Origin: Lobosporangium transversale
Taxonomy: Eukaryota
Reading direction: 5' to 3'
Length of the DNA: 64,000 bases
Assembly: GCF_002105155.1 (NCBI RefSeq)
Contig: NW_019028980.1
Location: 186,001-250,000, forward strand
Positions 11,383 to 25,470 of this stretch are shown here, piece by piece; position 1 is the stretch's first letter, and each line of letters opens with the position of its first letter. A program made the translations under genes and the position numbers. A model generated the notes under the pieces. It saw nothing but the letters and a program-made list of their open reading frames with translations. It made no database searches and was not told where the DNA came from.

Positions 11383-12335
11383 ATGGATTATGCTCGTTTT
11401 GATATGCCACTTCAGGTGGTCAAGGTGTTTACGCCTGCAACGGATGAAAAACTGAACTTCTGGTCAGCGGTATCCTATTCTCTGCATATAGGTAGGGCTT
11501 CTGGTGGGTCGGAGCCTTTTTTCTTCATCATACTCCTAAAGGTTGGTACTCCTATTGTCGATGAACTCCTTGTCAGTGCTGTAAGAGGTAGTAGTTGGTA
11601 TACAGAAGTAGATAGAAGAATGACGAGCAATAGTATCAGATAGCGAATGGGAGCAGTGAGAACAAGAAGTGGGTCCATACTGCACCCAAGAGGCATTTAT
11701 GCAGTTTTTTGTATTAATGATCATAAATCTTGTATTAATGACCACGAATATGAAAGAATTAAGTATATGTATCCTTACTATGCAAGGTTGAGACGCCCAA
11801 GTGCCTAAACAAACCGACTGTATGCGTGATAACCCTCTTTGTTTTTGGGCCAAAAAATTACTAATCTCTCAAGATCGGCCCCTGCCTCATCTCCGGCCAT
11901 AAGAGTAAAAGAAAGCGAGTATGTGAGAAAACCACTCCTCTTTTATAAAGAGAGTCAGCAACGAAAGAATGGAACTGATCTGCCATTCCATGTTACCCAC
12001 AGTCTTTTCTACGGCTCCTAAACTACAAAATAGTGAATCCAAACCGGTTACTTCTCTTTCAACTGTTTTTGAGGATTCATTACTCCCTGCCTTTGTTGTT
12101 ATTTCCAAGCCATCTCTTCCGTACTTTGACGCGTATACTGCTACATCACTTGATCTCTTTCTGTTAGAACAGACCATGAAACCCTCCAATGCTCAGTCCG
12201 TAACATCGGATCTATCCAAAGCAGTCAATCCAAGCCTATGCGATGCTACCAGAAGCGCTCCGTATGATCATAAGAGCGCATATGAGCACAACCAGACGCT
12301 GCTCACTGCCTTGGATAATGCTGAAGGCGTCTCTT
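11383..12335 (+). pseudogene. Possible degenerate coding remnant of unknown family
   Basis: ATG follows a poly(A) leader, then broken coding-like ORFs (11383-11643, 11969-12335) with no recognisable motif. Confidence 0.25.
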
Positions 12336-15019
12336 ATGTCTTTTATTTTTTTTATTTTTTTTTTCCTAGAAAAAAGAATGTGATCTATGAAGATTTGTAT
12401 TTGATTATAATCGTCATATGCTGACAAATAGGCATAAGAGCTCCATCTTCAGCCTACAGCATATAAGCTACTCTGCTTGGAAATAGGTAGATAATGAAAT
12501 CTGTTATCTATCTGCTTTTTAATAAAAGGTTGTATTGGATGTTGCCTTGCGCAAGAATATTACGTCCCCGAATAGGGTTGATGTGCCTAAGGATCAATCA
12601 CCCGTTCTGAATCAATGCAAAGTTTGTATCGAGCTTCACGCTAAGATAAAAATTATATCTTAATAAATTAATTTTTTTTCTTTTGCCACCATGAATGCAC
12701 GCTTTTATGTTGATATATTGATGTGTTGCTTTAAGATCAGGCTCAATCGAAGGGCTTTGCCTGCATCATGGTGGAAGTCTTTCGTGAAAGGTGGGTGATG
12801 ACAGCATCGATCCCATATCATACAGACTTTCGATCAATGGTATGTCCAACGTAGTACTTCTAGATCGTTCGTGTAGCTTGAACATGCAACAGAGAGGAAA
12901 AAGAGAAAAAACAAAAAGGTAAGAAAGGAAGGTGGCACACGAGTCAGTGGCGCAAAGGCCAAGGCAATCATGGACAGGAGGATGATTTAAAAGACCTTGG
13001 CTCTTATTTGGACTTAAAATCTTAGTTTGTATTGTTGTGTGTACATTAAGATGTGCGCTTTCAGGTCTGGTATCAATAAGGTAAATAAAGCACTAAACTG
13101 GTGAGCGAAGCTACCGATCACTCGTCTAGTTCGAAGAGAACCTGTTGTCCCTGTTTCTTCTTTTTTTTTTGTACAACCAACGTCATAGTTTTATGGATGC
13201 TCTTTGACAACCAATGGTTTTCATGCATTCCCGCGGAGCTACCAGAAAGGAGGCACTTTCAGTCTAGATAATCTAACGCATCAAAAACCCATGTTTTACA
13301 CTAACTAATGTCAGCAATTTTATCTTGAATATCACTAATGAATGTGGTCAACTCTCCTATTGGAGCATGTCAACAACTCAGTCTTTGGCTTATATCAAAG
13401 GTTCGATTTTCTCGACAGATATTTCTTTTCATCGGGCCATACAGCATCATAAATTTTGCATCCCCAAGGAAGGAAAGGAGTGAAAGAAACTGGTAGTAAA
13501 GAAATGGATTCATACACATTGTATTTCTGGATAGGCAAATCATCCGAGCACGTTTTCTGAAATTCTGACATTCAGAGCAATGACGAAGGAAATACAACAT
13601 GAAGTTTACAACTCCACCATTCGTGTTCAAAGTTTCGAGAGAGCCAAAGCTTTTCAGCCTCTTAAAAATTTGTTCACACGCGCGTTTATCCATCGGTCAA
13701 TTCTGATTCGCTGTCAATTTCTATGTGGTTTTTGTAGATACACATTTCTACAGATTGAATAGCATGTCAACTAGTGCTCTCTTCTCAACCTACTTTTGTT
13801 CCGAGTTTCAACCTTTTTTATGCCCACACTTTTCCTTTCTATCTCAGTAATCATCAACCTTCCTTTGCCAAACACTTGTAAAAGAAATGTGAGCCTCCCT
13901 CTTGCCTTAGAGTCTTTTGTTTTGTGTTTATCACACGTTGATCCGTTTCCTATCTGCTTTGTGTAAAAATGTGTTTGTTGCATGACACCAACATTCCATT
14001 TCACTGGACACTTTTAAAGTTCTGGTGTTTCCAATGGTAGATTCACTCAGTGCTTCGACCCAGTAAGATCACTCATGTGTATCTTTAGTGAGAACTGATG
14101 GAATTGATAGGCTGCAGCACGCCGTTTTGTACAAAAGACACATCTGCATATTTGTACCTTAATGTGTTCTAGCCTTTCTTTTTTATCCTTTTCAGCTAAA
14201 CAAAAACTCTTTGCTCAGCTTTCTGCATGTTTGTCACAAATAAGGCCATATTAAACTCTCCTGTTGAATAATTTGAATAATTATACATTTATATGCAATC
14301 ATGTTTTAGTGTCAATGCAGGAACAAATTATACACAAAAACAACCCTAATTCATTTAAATCATTCTTGCGACCATAATGCACTTATGAAAGAGGGGTCGT
14401 TGTAATCGACTGAAGTCTTATAAAGCAAGTGTTCTTGGCTTACATTCATATATTTCATACATCAGCCATTCAATGCTATTATTTGCATTGCTTAGCGTGG
14501 CTGAAGAAGAAAAAGGCCAACCATTCGAAAAAAAAATCTGTCATCCCGGCCAGACAGGTTCTGAATGAAGTATTATATATATATGTGTGTATTTGTTTTA
14601 ATGTGCACAAGACTATCTCCATAGCCCATTAAATGCAACCATGTGGTCAAGTCTGAGGACCTAATATGGTGTTGTAACCCTTTTTTCTGTGTTCTCCATA
14701 GGCCGAAGGAAAAAGATAGGCTCTCACGCTTAGAAAGAATCTTAATTTTGGTCCCTTCCCATGAGGGAATCATAATGCACTGTTTTGTGTGTGCGTATGT
14801 AATATAGGCTCAACGATCACCCCCCGTTTCACGGCCATTTTATAAATTATACATTTCTCATCCACTCCGTTTAGTTAAGGTACGATGATTGGGGTGCTTT
14901 GGTGGTAGATTTTTACATTTCACAACCATACATTCAATACATTCAATACCTTCGATATTATTCAACAACTGTATCCAGTTATGACCAACTGAGACGGTTT
15001 TCCAATGCACAACTTTTTG

Positions 15020-15052
<33 letters not shown>

Positions 15053-15169
15053 TAAATACTCTGTGTTTTCCTCTTATCCTCTATCCTCTATCTTCAAACC
15101 AAATCCACCACGGTTCATAGCCATTCAACTATATCCTAACCTCTTTACTCCTCTCTCACCGAATCAAAA

Positions 15170-16323
15170 ATGAAAATCGCTACTCTCACGGCATCTGTAG
15201 CGCTGGCCGCCCTGTCTGCTGTTTCGGCTCTCCCTTTGATGTATAACTCTGTGTTGTCCCCTCGTGCAGACACCTGCCCTGCTGATGTGCTTTCCTGCAC
15301 TGCAGAATCGTCTGGTGTGGATGCATGCTGCTTGCCCGGAATGGGGTTGATCCTCTTGACTCTTCAATGGTACAACGGATTAGGACCAGCTGACGAGTTC
15401 ACCATTCATGGACTCTGGCCCGATACATGCTCAGGAGGACAAGGTCCTTCTACAGGTTGTGATGCCAATCGAATCTATGATGTAGGTTATACTTATCTTT
15501 CCCTATCCTGAGTAGCTCCCAAAGAGATTTGTGGATATGGATATTAACAGCTATACTTCCTTTGCAAATGCGATTGGAATAGAACATCGAAACCCGCCTC
15601 AAGGCCTACCCTGGAACCCCTGCTGGCTTCATTGATCAATTGAATACCTACTGGTCTTCATACAAAGGCGATAACAACGCTTTCTGGGCCCATGAATGGT
15701 CCAAGCATGGCACCTGCATCTCCAACCTGGCCCCTAATTGTTCATCCAACTATGTTCAAGACCAGGATGTATACAATTACTTTAGCAAGACATTGGCATT
15801 GCGATCGCAATACAACCTGTACAAGGCCCTTGCGGATGGGGGTATCACTCCTGGATCAAATCCTAATACTGCAGACATGCACACAGCAATCAAGAAAGCA
15901 TTTGGCGTTGATGCTCAAATCAACTGCAACTCAGGTGCCTTGAGCGAGATCTGGATCTATTTCAAGGTCAAGAACCACGATCAATATGTTCCTGTGGATC
16001 CATTGACTCAAGGTTCATGCAAAGGTTATATCTCGTACCCAGTCAAGAGTGGGTCTATTAAGCCTTCTACTTCATCGATCACGAAGCCTACTACCACCAT
16101 CCCTACCATCACGAGTGTTAAGCCTACAGCGACTTCTCCTACAGGTCCTATTCCCACGGGTAAGCAGACGGGTCGTTGTTCTATCCCTAACGCTACTGTC
16201 TGTGTCAGTCCAGGTGTTTCAAATCAGTATTCCAAATGCAACAATGGTTACTGGGTCTTGAACCAGTGCAAGACGGGTCAAGTTTGCTATAGCGATACCA
16301 ACACCACTACCCACTGTGCCTAA
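15170..16323 (+). CDS. Secreted ribonuclease T2 with a Ser/Thr/Pro linker and a C-terminal Cys-rich module; exons 15170-15481 and 15583-16323
   Basis: Signal peptide [50 protein letters not shown]; phase-0 GTAGGT...ATAG intron. Confidence 0.95.
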
Positions 16324-16892
16324 TTGATCTATCTCTGTCTATCTTCGCCTATACATAGTTTTCTAACATACTTTACGATAGCACACAGTGCTACTGCCAT
16401 CATTACCACCTTTACCATCCTTGTGAGAGAGAGAGCTGTGAAATATTTTGTATAATATCAAATACACAAATGGTTTTTACTTTCCTTCATAAAACATTGC
16501 TTTATATTTTATGTAATATACATGTAAGGTTGCTTTTGAACCACAATGCATCTCTGACAAGATCTTTAGCATATGTATGTCCCAATATTTAAAGTTAAAA
16601 ACTGTTTGCAATTGAATTGAGCTTTGGCATGGATGGAGAGGCGGTCATGGTAGCAGTTTTTATAGCTGCACACCTCCAGCTATTATAATAAGAAAGAGAC
16701 CCTTCAAAGGCTTAGCAGAATAGTCACACACAAAAAATCTTAACGGGAGGAGTCAATGGTTTGGTGCAAAGAAGGACGACCTTATTCATGAAGTGCACCA
16801 ATCACGTGTATCTTCCAAATAAAAAACTGGCACCTGTCCATTAATAATTGGCAACATTCTCTCCCATTCATGTTTTCAACATCCACTTCAAA

Positions 16893-18728
16893 ATGCAGCT
16901 TAGTATTTTTGAGATAGCACACATCCAGGAGGACATTTCGCAGTACTTGTCGTTACAAGAGCTAGTAAAGTGTATTCAGGTCTCCAGAGAATGGTCTCTG
17001 ATCTTCACCCGCACCCTCTGGCAGCGCTTTTACTTGCAGCCACACCACACCATCGAATTCGCGAAATGGGATTCACCACTCTCAGTGTTGCTGCGCCATC
17101 ATGAAGATATCTCGAAACTCAACGATAAAATGTTCCAGAAGATCCTAGATAATTACCCAGCACATCCATGGTCATTACCCAAACTCCGTTCGTTGTCCTT
17201 TCTTCTCCCAGATGATGAGACACAAAAATCAACGATTACGACGGGAGTATCAACAGCAACAATGCCAGGAACTGAAGCAGTCAAGGCTCTACGGTTTCTA
17301 TCAACTCTATCTACGATTGAAGACCTATCTATCCTTGGGATCAATGGAGACAATCAACAGATTCAGGATGAGTTAATCCATGCTCTTTCTCCTTCATGTT
17401 TACCCAGGCTACGACATGTGTCACTGCTGGGCAGCAAATACTCTGCCGAGTCAGTCTTACGTATTATTATAGCCTGTCGTCGATGCGAATTTCTGGATAT
17501 AAGGACCACCAAGTTTTATAATGTTTACCTTAATAGTAAGCTTGACGGCCGTGATTTTCGGTACCAAGACTCTCAGAAATTCAATGAGGTAGAATTGACT
17601 GAGCTTGTGAAAAGGGCTTTTGACGAAGGAATGCCCTTAGAGCCCACTAGCGCCCATAATTCTACCACCAACTTACGGAGGCTCCACTATGATATGGTCT
17701 CACCAGGCTCTTCTATCATTCTGAAACATTTACTAGAAAGATCACCCCAGTTGAAAGATCTTCGATTAATAGGGATGATGCCTCCTGAGCCTTTACAGAG
17801 TGTTATCGGTGCCTTGAACGCCTCCAAAAGAACAACAACGATGATGGGTACAACATATCCACTTAGACTGAGATCCCTTATAATGAATACTCTTAAACAT
17901 GATGAGACTGAAACAAAAAGGCTCTTGGCAGAGTTAATCCGCTCCACAGGATACTTTGTCCAACCTGAGTCTAGTCATGGTGACGGTCATACCGATGAAG
18001 CTGGTCATGTTGGGAAGGGTATTGGCATTAATGGTCTAGGTCTAGAATCTCTATCTCTAATGTACCAAACGCCATTTGGACAGCGTTGCGGGATGGCTCT
18101 CGTTCAGTATCACTCCAAGACACTCACCAAACTTACAATCAAGCGCCTCATTAAAAATATAGTCTTTATTACTCTTATGAGTGGGCTCAGGGAATTACGG
18201 TCGATAGAAGTTAAAGTTCAACTTGATGAAAGTGAAGAGGATGAGATCAGTAACAGCAACGATGAAGAAGGAGGAGAAAGGAGCCTGATCTTATGTTCGT
18301 GGACATGTCAACAGCTCAAAGAGCTGAGCCTTAAAATGAATGTAGCAAGATATCAAGTTCATAATCATAGATACAGAATGCAACGGACCGTGTCTGCACA
18401 AGGATTCCTTGGCTACATTTTTAAACAGATATCAAGGTTGGAGGCATTAAGAGAGTTAGAATTGAGCCTCAAAGACAGGATTAGCGTTGATGTCTTAACA
18501 TTGAGCAAGGGGTGTTTGAGTTGCCTTGGGACACTGAAGCAACTGAGAGGACTGAAATACCGCAAAAATGACTTCATTGGTTATGAGCTGGGAGAAGAGG
18601 AAGCAGCATGGATAATAGAGCATTGTCCCAGACTGAGCGAGGTTGCCTTGATTTCTCCTTTGCCAGCAAGTTTCAAAGAAAAACTAATAGCACTTCGACC
18701 ATGGATCCTTGTAACAACAGTGCGTTAA
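16893..18728 (+). CDS. F-box / RNI-like LRR protein (intronless)
   Basis: MQLSIFEIAHIQEDISQYLSLQELVKCIQVSREWSLIFTRTLW is F-box-like. LxxLxL repeats follow, with a C-terminal WTCQQLKEL / IFKQISRLEALREL / EAAWIIEHCPRL block. Confidence 0.85.
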   Translation: MQLSIFEIAHIQEDISQYLSLQELVKCIQVSREWSLIFTRTLWQRFYLQPHHTIEFAKWDSPLSVLLRHHEDISKLNDKMFQKILDNYPAHPWSLPKLRSLSFLLPDDETQKSTITTGVSTATMPGTEAVKALRFLSTLSTIEDLSILGINGDNQQIQDELIHALSPSCLPRLRHVSLLGSKYSAESVLRIIIACRRCEFLDIRTTKFYNVYLNSKLDGRDFRYQDSQKFNEVELTELVKRAFDEGMPLEPTSAHNSTTNLRRLHYDMVSPGSSIILKHLLERSPQLKDLRLIGMMPPEPLQSVIGALNASKRTTTMMGTTYPLRLRSLIMNTLKHDETETKRLLAELIRSTGYFVQPESSHGDGHTDEAGHVGKGIGINGLGLESLSLMYQTPFGQRCGMALVQYHSKTLTKLTIKRLIKNIVFITLMSGLRELRSIEVKVQLDESEEDEISNSNDEEGGERSLILCSWTCQQLKELSLKMNVARYQVHNHRYRMQRTVSAQGFLGYIFKQISRLEALRELELSLKDRISVDVLTLSKGCLSCLGTLKQLRGLKYRKNDFIGYELGEEEAAWIIEHCPRLSEVALISPLPASFKEKLIALRPWILVTTVR

Positions 18729-19344
18729 TATCCAAGTGTTTACTATTGGTCCACATGTCATGGCGTTTGAATGAATATTTTGCACCGCCCATAAAGATCA
18801 ATGAACCTTTAATCTTAATACAAATGTGTATTTATATATTTAAAATGTTTCATGTCCTTACACTTCCATGCCATAAAAAAATATGAATATCCTTTTCCCA
18901 TTTGTTCTACTCCATCTATTCTGTGTAACCAAAAGAGTCGACGCTTTATGACAAGATGTCCAAGAGCACTGACCAAGGTTGATCAAAAGCATTAAAGTTG
19001 TCGGCCCATTACATTGAGTTGCGCGTGAACAAAGACAAAAAATAATACACCATCTTAGCACGCCTTTGGCGCATGTTTAATCAAACCAATCCTCATTCTA
19101 CTTTTATTTCCTGAAATTGAACTAATCTACAGCTCTTGGTACAATGATGTTCCCACTCAATTGACCCTGCATTTTTTTTTTTTTTTTTTTTTTTTTTTGG
19201 GTTGCTTCTACCCTTTCTTTTTCTAGTATCCTTCATCTGTCGACTTCTTTTTTTTTTTTTCTTTGCTTGAAGCCTCATTTCTCAAAAGCCTTGATCCTAC
19301 TTTTTTTTTTGTAACCATCATTGAAGGGTGTCTAGTCAAGGGAC

Positions 19345-21279
19345 ATGAAAACCTCCATCTTCGACTTACCACATATTTCCAATGACATATCTCAGTACCT
19401 ATCCCGGCACGACTTGACACAATGTGTCCGGGTCTCCAAACATTGGTTTATATGTTTCTCACCCATACTATGGCGACATCCCTTCTTTATCGGCTTTAAT
19501 GATCCCATCAACAACAACAATAGTGACTGTATTGGTGATGGTGCTAAAAACGATCGAAGCATCCTCGACACACAATTGTCGGCTTTATTTCGCCACAAAG
19601 AGCACGTTCAACAACTAGATACAATCATGTTTAACATGATCATGTCTGACACGACTCGAGATTGGACATTTCCCAACCTCCTTAGAGCTTTGATTCGCGG
19701 CTGTTCCTCTTTTTCTGTTTCTCGATTATCTTCTCTTCCTTTCTCTTCTTATCCTCCTTCTCCCCCTCCTCCTCCTCCTCCTCCTCCTCCTGACCTTACA
19801 TGGGCCATAGAATCTACCAGAAGTCTACAAATCCTGTCGACATGCGGCAAGATCCAGAGCCTGTCCATCATTGGGATTAATGGAGAGCAGCATCAAGTTC
19901 TGGATGGGTTCTTACAATTAATTGCCTCTCGCGTGGCAGCAGCTTTACCAGCAGAAGCAGAAGCAGAAAGGCAACAGCACGTGCAGTCCCCAGTACGATC
20001 AGTTACACTGAACGGAAACCAATTCTCAGTGCAGACGCTTTATACGATTATCAAGGCCTGTCATCGTTGTGAGTCTCTGTCGTTACAGATTTCTCCACCT
20101 ACTACTGAGAGTGATGATACCACTAGCGGCGATGTTCTAGCAGCCACAGCTACGTTTTTACAAGAGACCCCATACACCGCTATTCAGCACCTTCATATTG
20201 AGCTGACCTCCTTCGCCACACAACAAATTCTTCTTCCTCTTTTAGAAAAATGTCCACAACTTGAAGAGCTGGTTCTGCAGGGGATTACAAATGAAACAAC
20301 TTTTGAGGGGATCGTTGAGTTCTTGAAGACTAGAAGAGCTAATAAGCCAAGTATGAAGAAAGGACTCAGACGGCAATTGAAATATCTCGAGGTGGATATC
20401 ATGAATTGTGGCCAACGCACAGAGCAGCTCATCGAAGAGCTGATAAGATCAACGGGATGTAACACCAGTAGTGTCAGCCATAGCCAAAGCACCATTAGAA
20501 GTGATAGTGCCACAAGTTGGGTAGAGGGTGAGGCTGATGAGATCAGAAGTAAAGGCGGTTGTGGTAAAGGTGGAGATGATAGTACACTTGAGTCACTGGC
20601 GATATCATATCTGGCAACGATTGGAAATCGCTGTGCAGAAGCGCTCGTCCAGCACCATTCTGAGACCCTGACTAAGTTCACAAACTGGCGTCCCATCCCA
20701 TTGGAACACTTCTCGATCCTTGTAAATGGACTCGAACGGCTTCAATTCCTGAAAGTCAAAGTGGACCTGGATGGTGCCAATGCTCCAAGAAGGCAGCAAC
20801 GACTCCTCCCATGGAGTTGCCTTGAACTGAGAAAGCTGGACATTACGCTCAGTACGCTTCTGAAGCATTCTTATTCTCACGATGAACTTGAGCAAGCAAA
20901 CGAAAAAAACATGGAAGCATGGAAGTCCTCGGGTGGTTGGGATCTTTTCCAATATCAATTCTTACAGATCGGAAGGTTAAAGCAGTTGGAAGTGCTGAAG
21001 CTTCGAAATACAGGAATGATCCCTGTGAACATGTTGTCAAGGCTTCAAACCAAGTACTCGAGCTTTTTGAGCCACCTTAAATGGCTGAAGAGATTGAGGG
21101 AATTGTGTTATCGTCCTGCATCTGGTTGGCTAGATTGGGGGGAAGAAGAAGCAAGATGGATGATGGAACATTGGTCCCAATTAAAAGAGCTGGAGGTGTC
21201 GGCCCGTATACCAGAGCGATTTGGAGAGACAATACAGGATCTTTGTCCTCGTCTTCATATTAGCGTCAACCATCGTTCC

Positions 21280-21285
<6 letters not shown>
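19345..21285 (+). CDS. F-box / RNI-like LRR protein (intronless), tandem paralog of 16893-18728
   Basis: MKTSIFDLPHISNDISQYLSRHDLTQCVRVSKHWFICFSPILW. It shares ELIRSTG, LESL, ALVQxHSxTLTK, WxCxxL and EEEAxWxxEH with its neighbour. Confidence 0.87.
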
Positions 21286-21312
<27 letters not shown>

Positions 21313-22510
21313 CTTGTGCATGTTAATTTGAGAAAGAGAAAGATATTTTCAAGTCTTTAAAGTAAGCCGGATCTATGTTTTTTGTTGTTAAGGGATGAGC
21401 ACTTGTAGGCTCGAATATAAGAGCTATTATGGATATTCGTGAGGAATGCTAAGCAATATGTTTTTATTTCCTTCCGAGTGAACATCATTCAAGATGATAA
21501 ACAGAATAATAATTGATGTATTGTTGTCTTTGCTTTCACGCCCTCTGCCCCTAAGGGTAGTTCGTTTTTTTGAATGGCCACACAGGCATACCTTGGATGT
21601 TTTTTGCTATCCTAGGATTGTTTATCACCATCCTTAGTCACCAAACAATCCAGTGCTTTATATTTATATATCTGAAACAATCGAGGAATAGAAAAGAATA
21701 AAGCCTTGGTTTCCATAAAGCCCCAAGTGGAGCCGTATAGCTAATCAATAAAGCCTTTCGAACTGAGTAGCTTATAGAAACTGATGGAATATGGTTTCCT
21801 TCCAACATAGGTGCATCTGATAAAGCCTTCTATGGTCTGGTATGTTATAATGAGCGCTAATGTTGGGGAAAAAAAAAAAGACGGAGCAAGGGTTAGCAGA
21901 ATTTGCAAAGTAACGCTTTCTCAGTAAAATCTTCTTGCTTGCTGCAGCTTGTCGTCATCTGACATTTTCATTTGATGCGCAGCATTTGATGAGATCGAGA
22001 ACCGCGTTTCCAAATTAGGGCATAATATGCTTTTTTTTTTTTTTTTTTGAGGGGGGGGGGGGGGGAATGTGTACTCTCAGATAAGAAATAGATACCAACT
22101 TCTCCTTTCCCCTCCTCTTTTTTCTACCGTAACACCCAGGGTTCAGTCGCTCGGATATTATTCGCTCCTCCGAATGAGGAGATTTCCAAAGTAGTCAACT
22201 CATGTTCAACAAACAACACACGCCGCTCTGCGTAGCTGTAATTTCAATTAACCGTTCAGCTCTAATCGTGATCAAAAATATGCGGCGTATATCCTTTATT
22301 TCCTTTTTTTTTATAAACGAAAATGAACGAGAGAGATATGGATGTGTACCGAGATATAAAATGGCCCTTGTTCCCCACTTTATCAACAGATACAACGAAA
22401 CAAAAAATAAGTAAAAACAACAACCCCTTCTCTAAGCTCATTCCTTAATCATTTATCTACTCTTAACAGAATCCGATAAACACATACATACATTCTTATC
22501 ACATATAATC

Positions 22511-23433
22511 ATGGTGGTCGAAGCTCAAAATCCTTCTGCCGAGACTGTGTCTCGTCTGGGCAGAGTTAAAGAAAACAAGTACCAGCTTTTGTACTTTCAT
22601 ATTCATGGCGTCGTGACGGGTCTTCGCGCTATGTTTGCCATGTCTGACGCTGATTATACATTCACTCATCCTGTAGTAAGTGAGATAGTGACATACTTTT
22701 GTTCCCATCACAACTCTGAATTGGCTTTCCAATGTTCTTCTTTTCATTCTTCTTTTCGCCTTTTCATAGGATTGGAAGGCAGAGAAGCCTAACACACCTC
22801 TTGGTGCTATGCCAGTGCTTTACGAAACCGTCCCTGCGACAGGAGAGACCGTTGAGCTGGCAGAACTGAGCGTGATCGAGTTTTATATTGGCTCAAAGTA
22901 TGGCTGGACAGGGGACAATGTGTGGGAGAATAACTTGATCAGGATGTATCATTCTTCGACTCAGTCCATGTTCGATAAACTGGTTACGACTGTCGTTAGA
23001 GCCCCTAAAGAGAACTATGACCAAATGATGGAGATCTGGGCTGGGTCTATCTTACCAGAATGGGTCGAATATCACGAGCGAGCCCTGAAGAAAAATGGAT
23101 CGAATGGCCATTACGTTGGTAACAAGGTATTATTATTATTATTAAAAAAAGTGCTTACGCTTTCATAGTCCCACAATTCCACTTGCTAATTTTATTTTAT
23201 TTTATTTTATTTTATTTTATTTTTTTTAGTTGACATTGGCAGATATCAAGACTGCGACTTGCATTGATAATATCATTACACTCACAGGCGATCGACATAT
23301 CTCCCGTGAGAAGACGCCAGCCATCATGGCAGTCTACGACCATCTTGAAAGTCTGCCAAAGTATGCGGAATGGAAGGCTAGTGAGCAATGGAAGACTTAT
23401 GCTGAGAATAACAAGCAATATTGCAATTTTTAG
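22511..23433 (+). CDS. Glutathione S-transferase; exons 22511-22675, 22770-23126, 23230-23433
   Basis: YQLLYFHIHG...LRAMF, DWKAEKPNTPLGAMPVL, ELAELSVIEFYI and NGSNGHYVGNK|LTLADI are GST N- and C-domain motifs. Introns are canonical. Confidence 0.9.
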
Positions 23434-23565
23434 AAATAGTTGTCCAAGATATTTTACATCAGTCATAAAGATGTTGCAAGAACTTTTCTATTCTACTTTA
23501 TTTTGTTTTTCTCCATTTTCCATTTTTGAATTATTTACACTATGCATTTTTTTTTCTTTTCTTTT

Positions 23566-25230
<1,665 letters not shown>

Positions 25231-25470
25231 GTCAAGGAGCAAAGGATTAATTCAACTATGTCCTGTCTTTCCTCGGCTGAAGCTATTGTCGTATCCTTCA
25301 AAGTCTGAGTTGGAAAGAAAAGAATAGAAACCGTTGACATAACAGTGGCAAAGCATTTAAAGCAATAGCCAAAAGCCACACAGAAAGCTTATTTTGCAGT
25401 GAAAGTTATTCATTTCTCATTTCGTTTCAGCCCTATTAAAAAGTAAAAAAAAAAAAAAAAAAAAAAAAGA
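25231..25470. promoter_or_regulatory. Probable bidirectional promoter (240 bp) between the polyQ gene and SSL1
   Basis: Divergent ATGs at 25230 (-) and 25471 (+), with an A-tract just upstream of the SSL1 ATG. Confidence 0.5.

Noticed and set aside
8200..12500. Fanzor/TnpB nuclease associated with the IS630/Tc1 relics
   Set aside because: No RuvC motifs or zinc-finger CxxC/RDxNAA pattern seen in the frames I inspected.
13370..13693. Possible F-box/LRR remnant (CEQIFKRLKSFGSLETLN)
   Set aside because: Only one short weak motif, too degraded to support a call.
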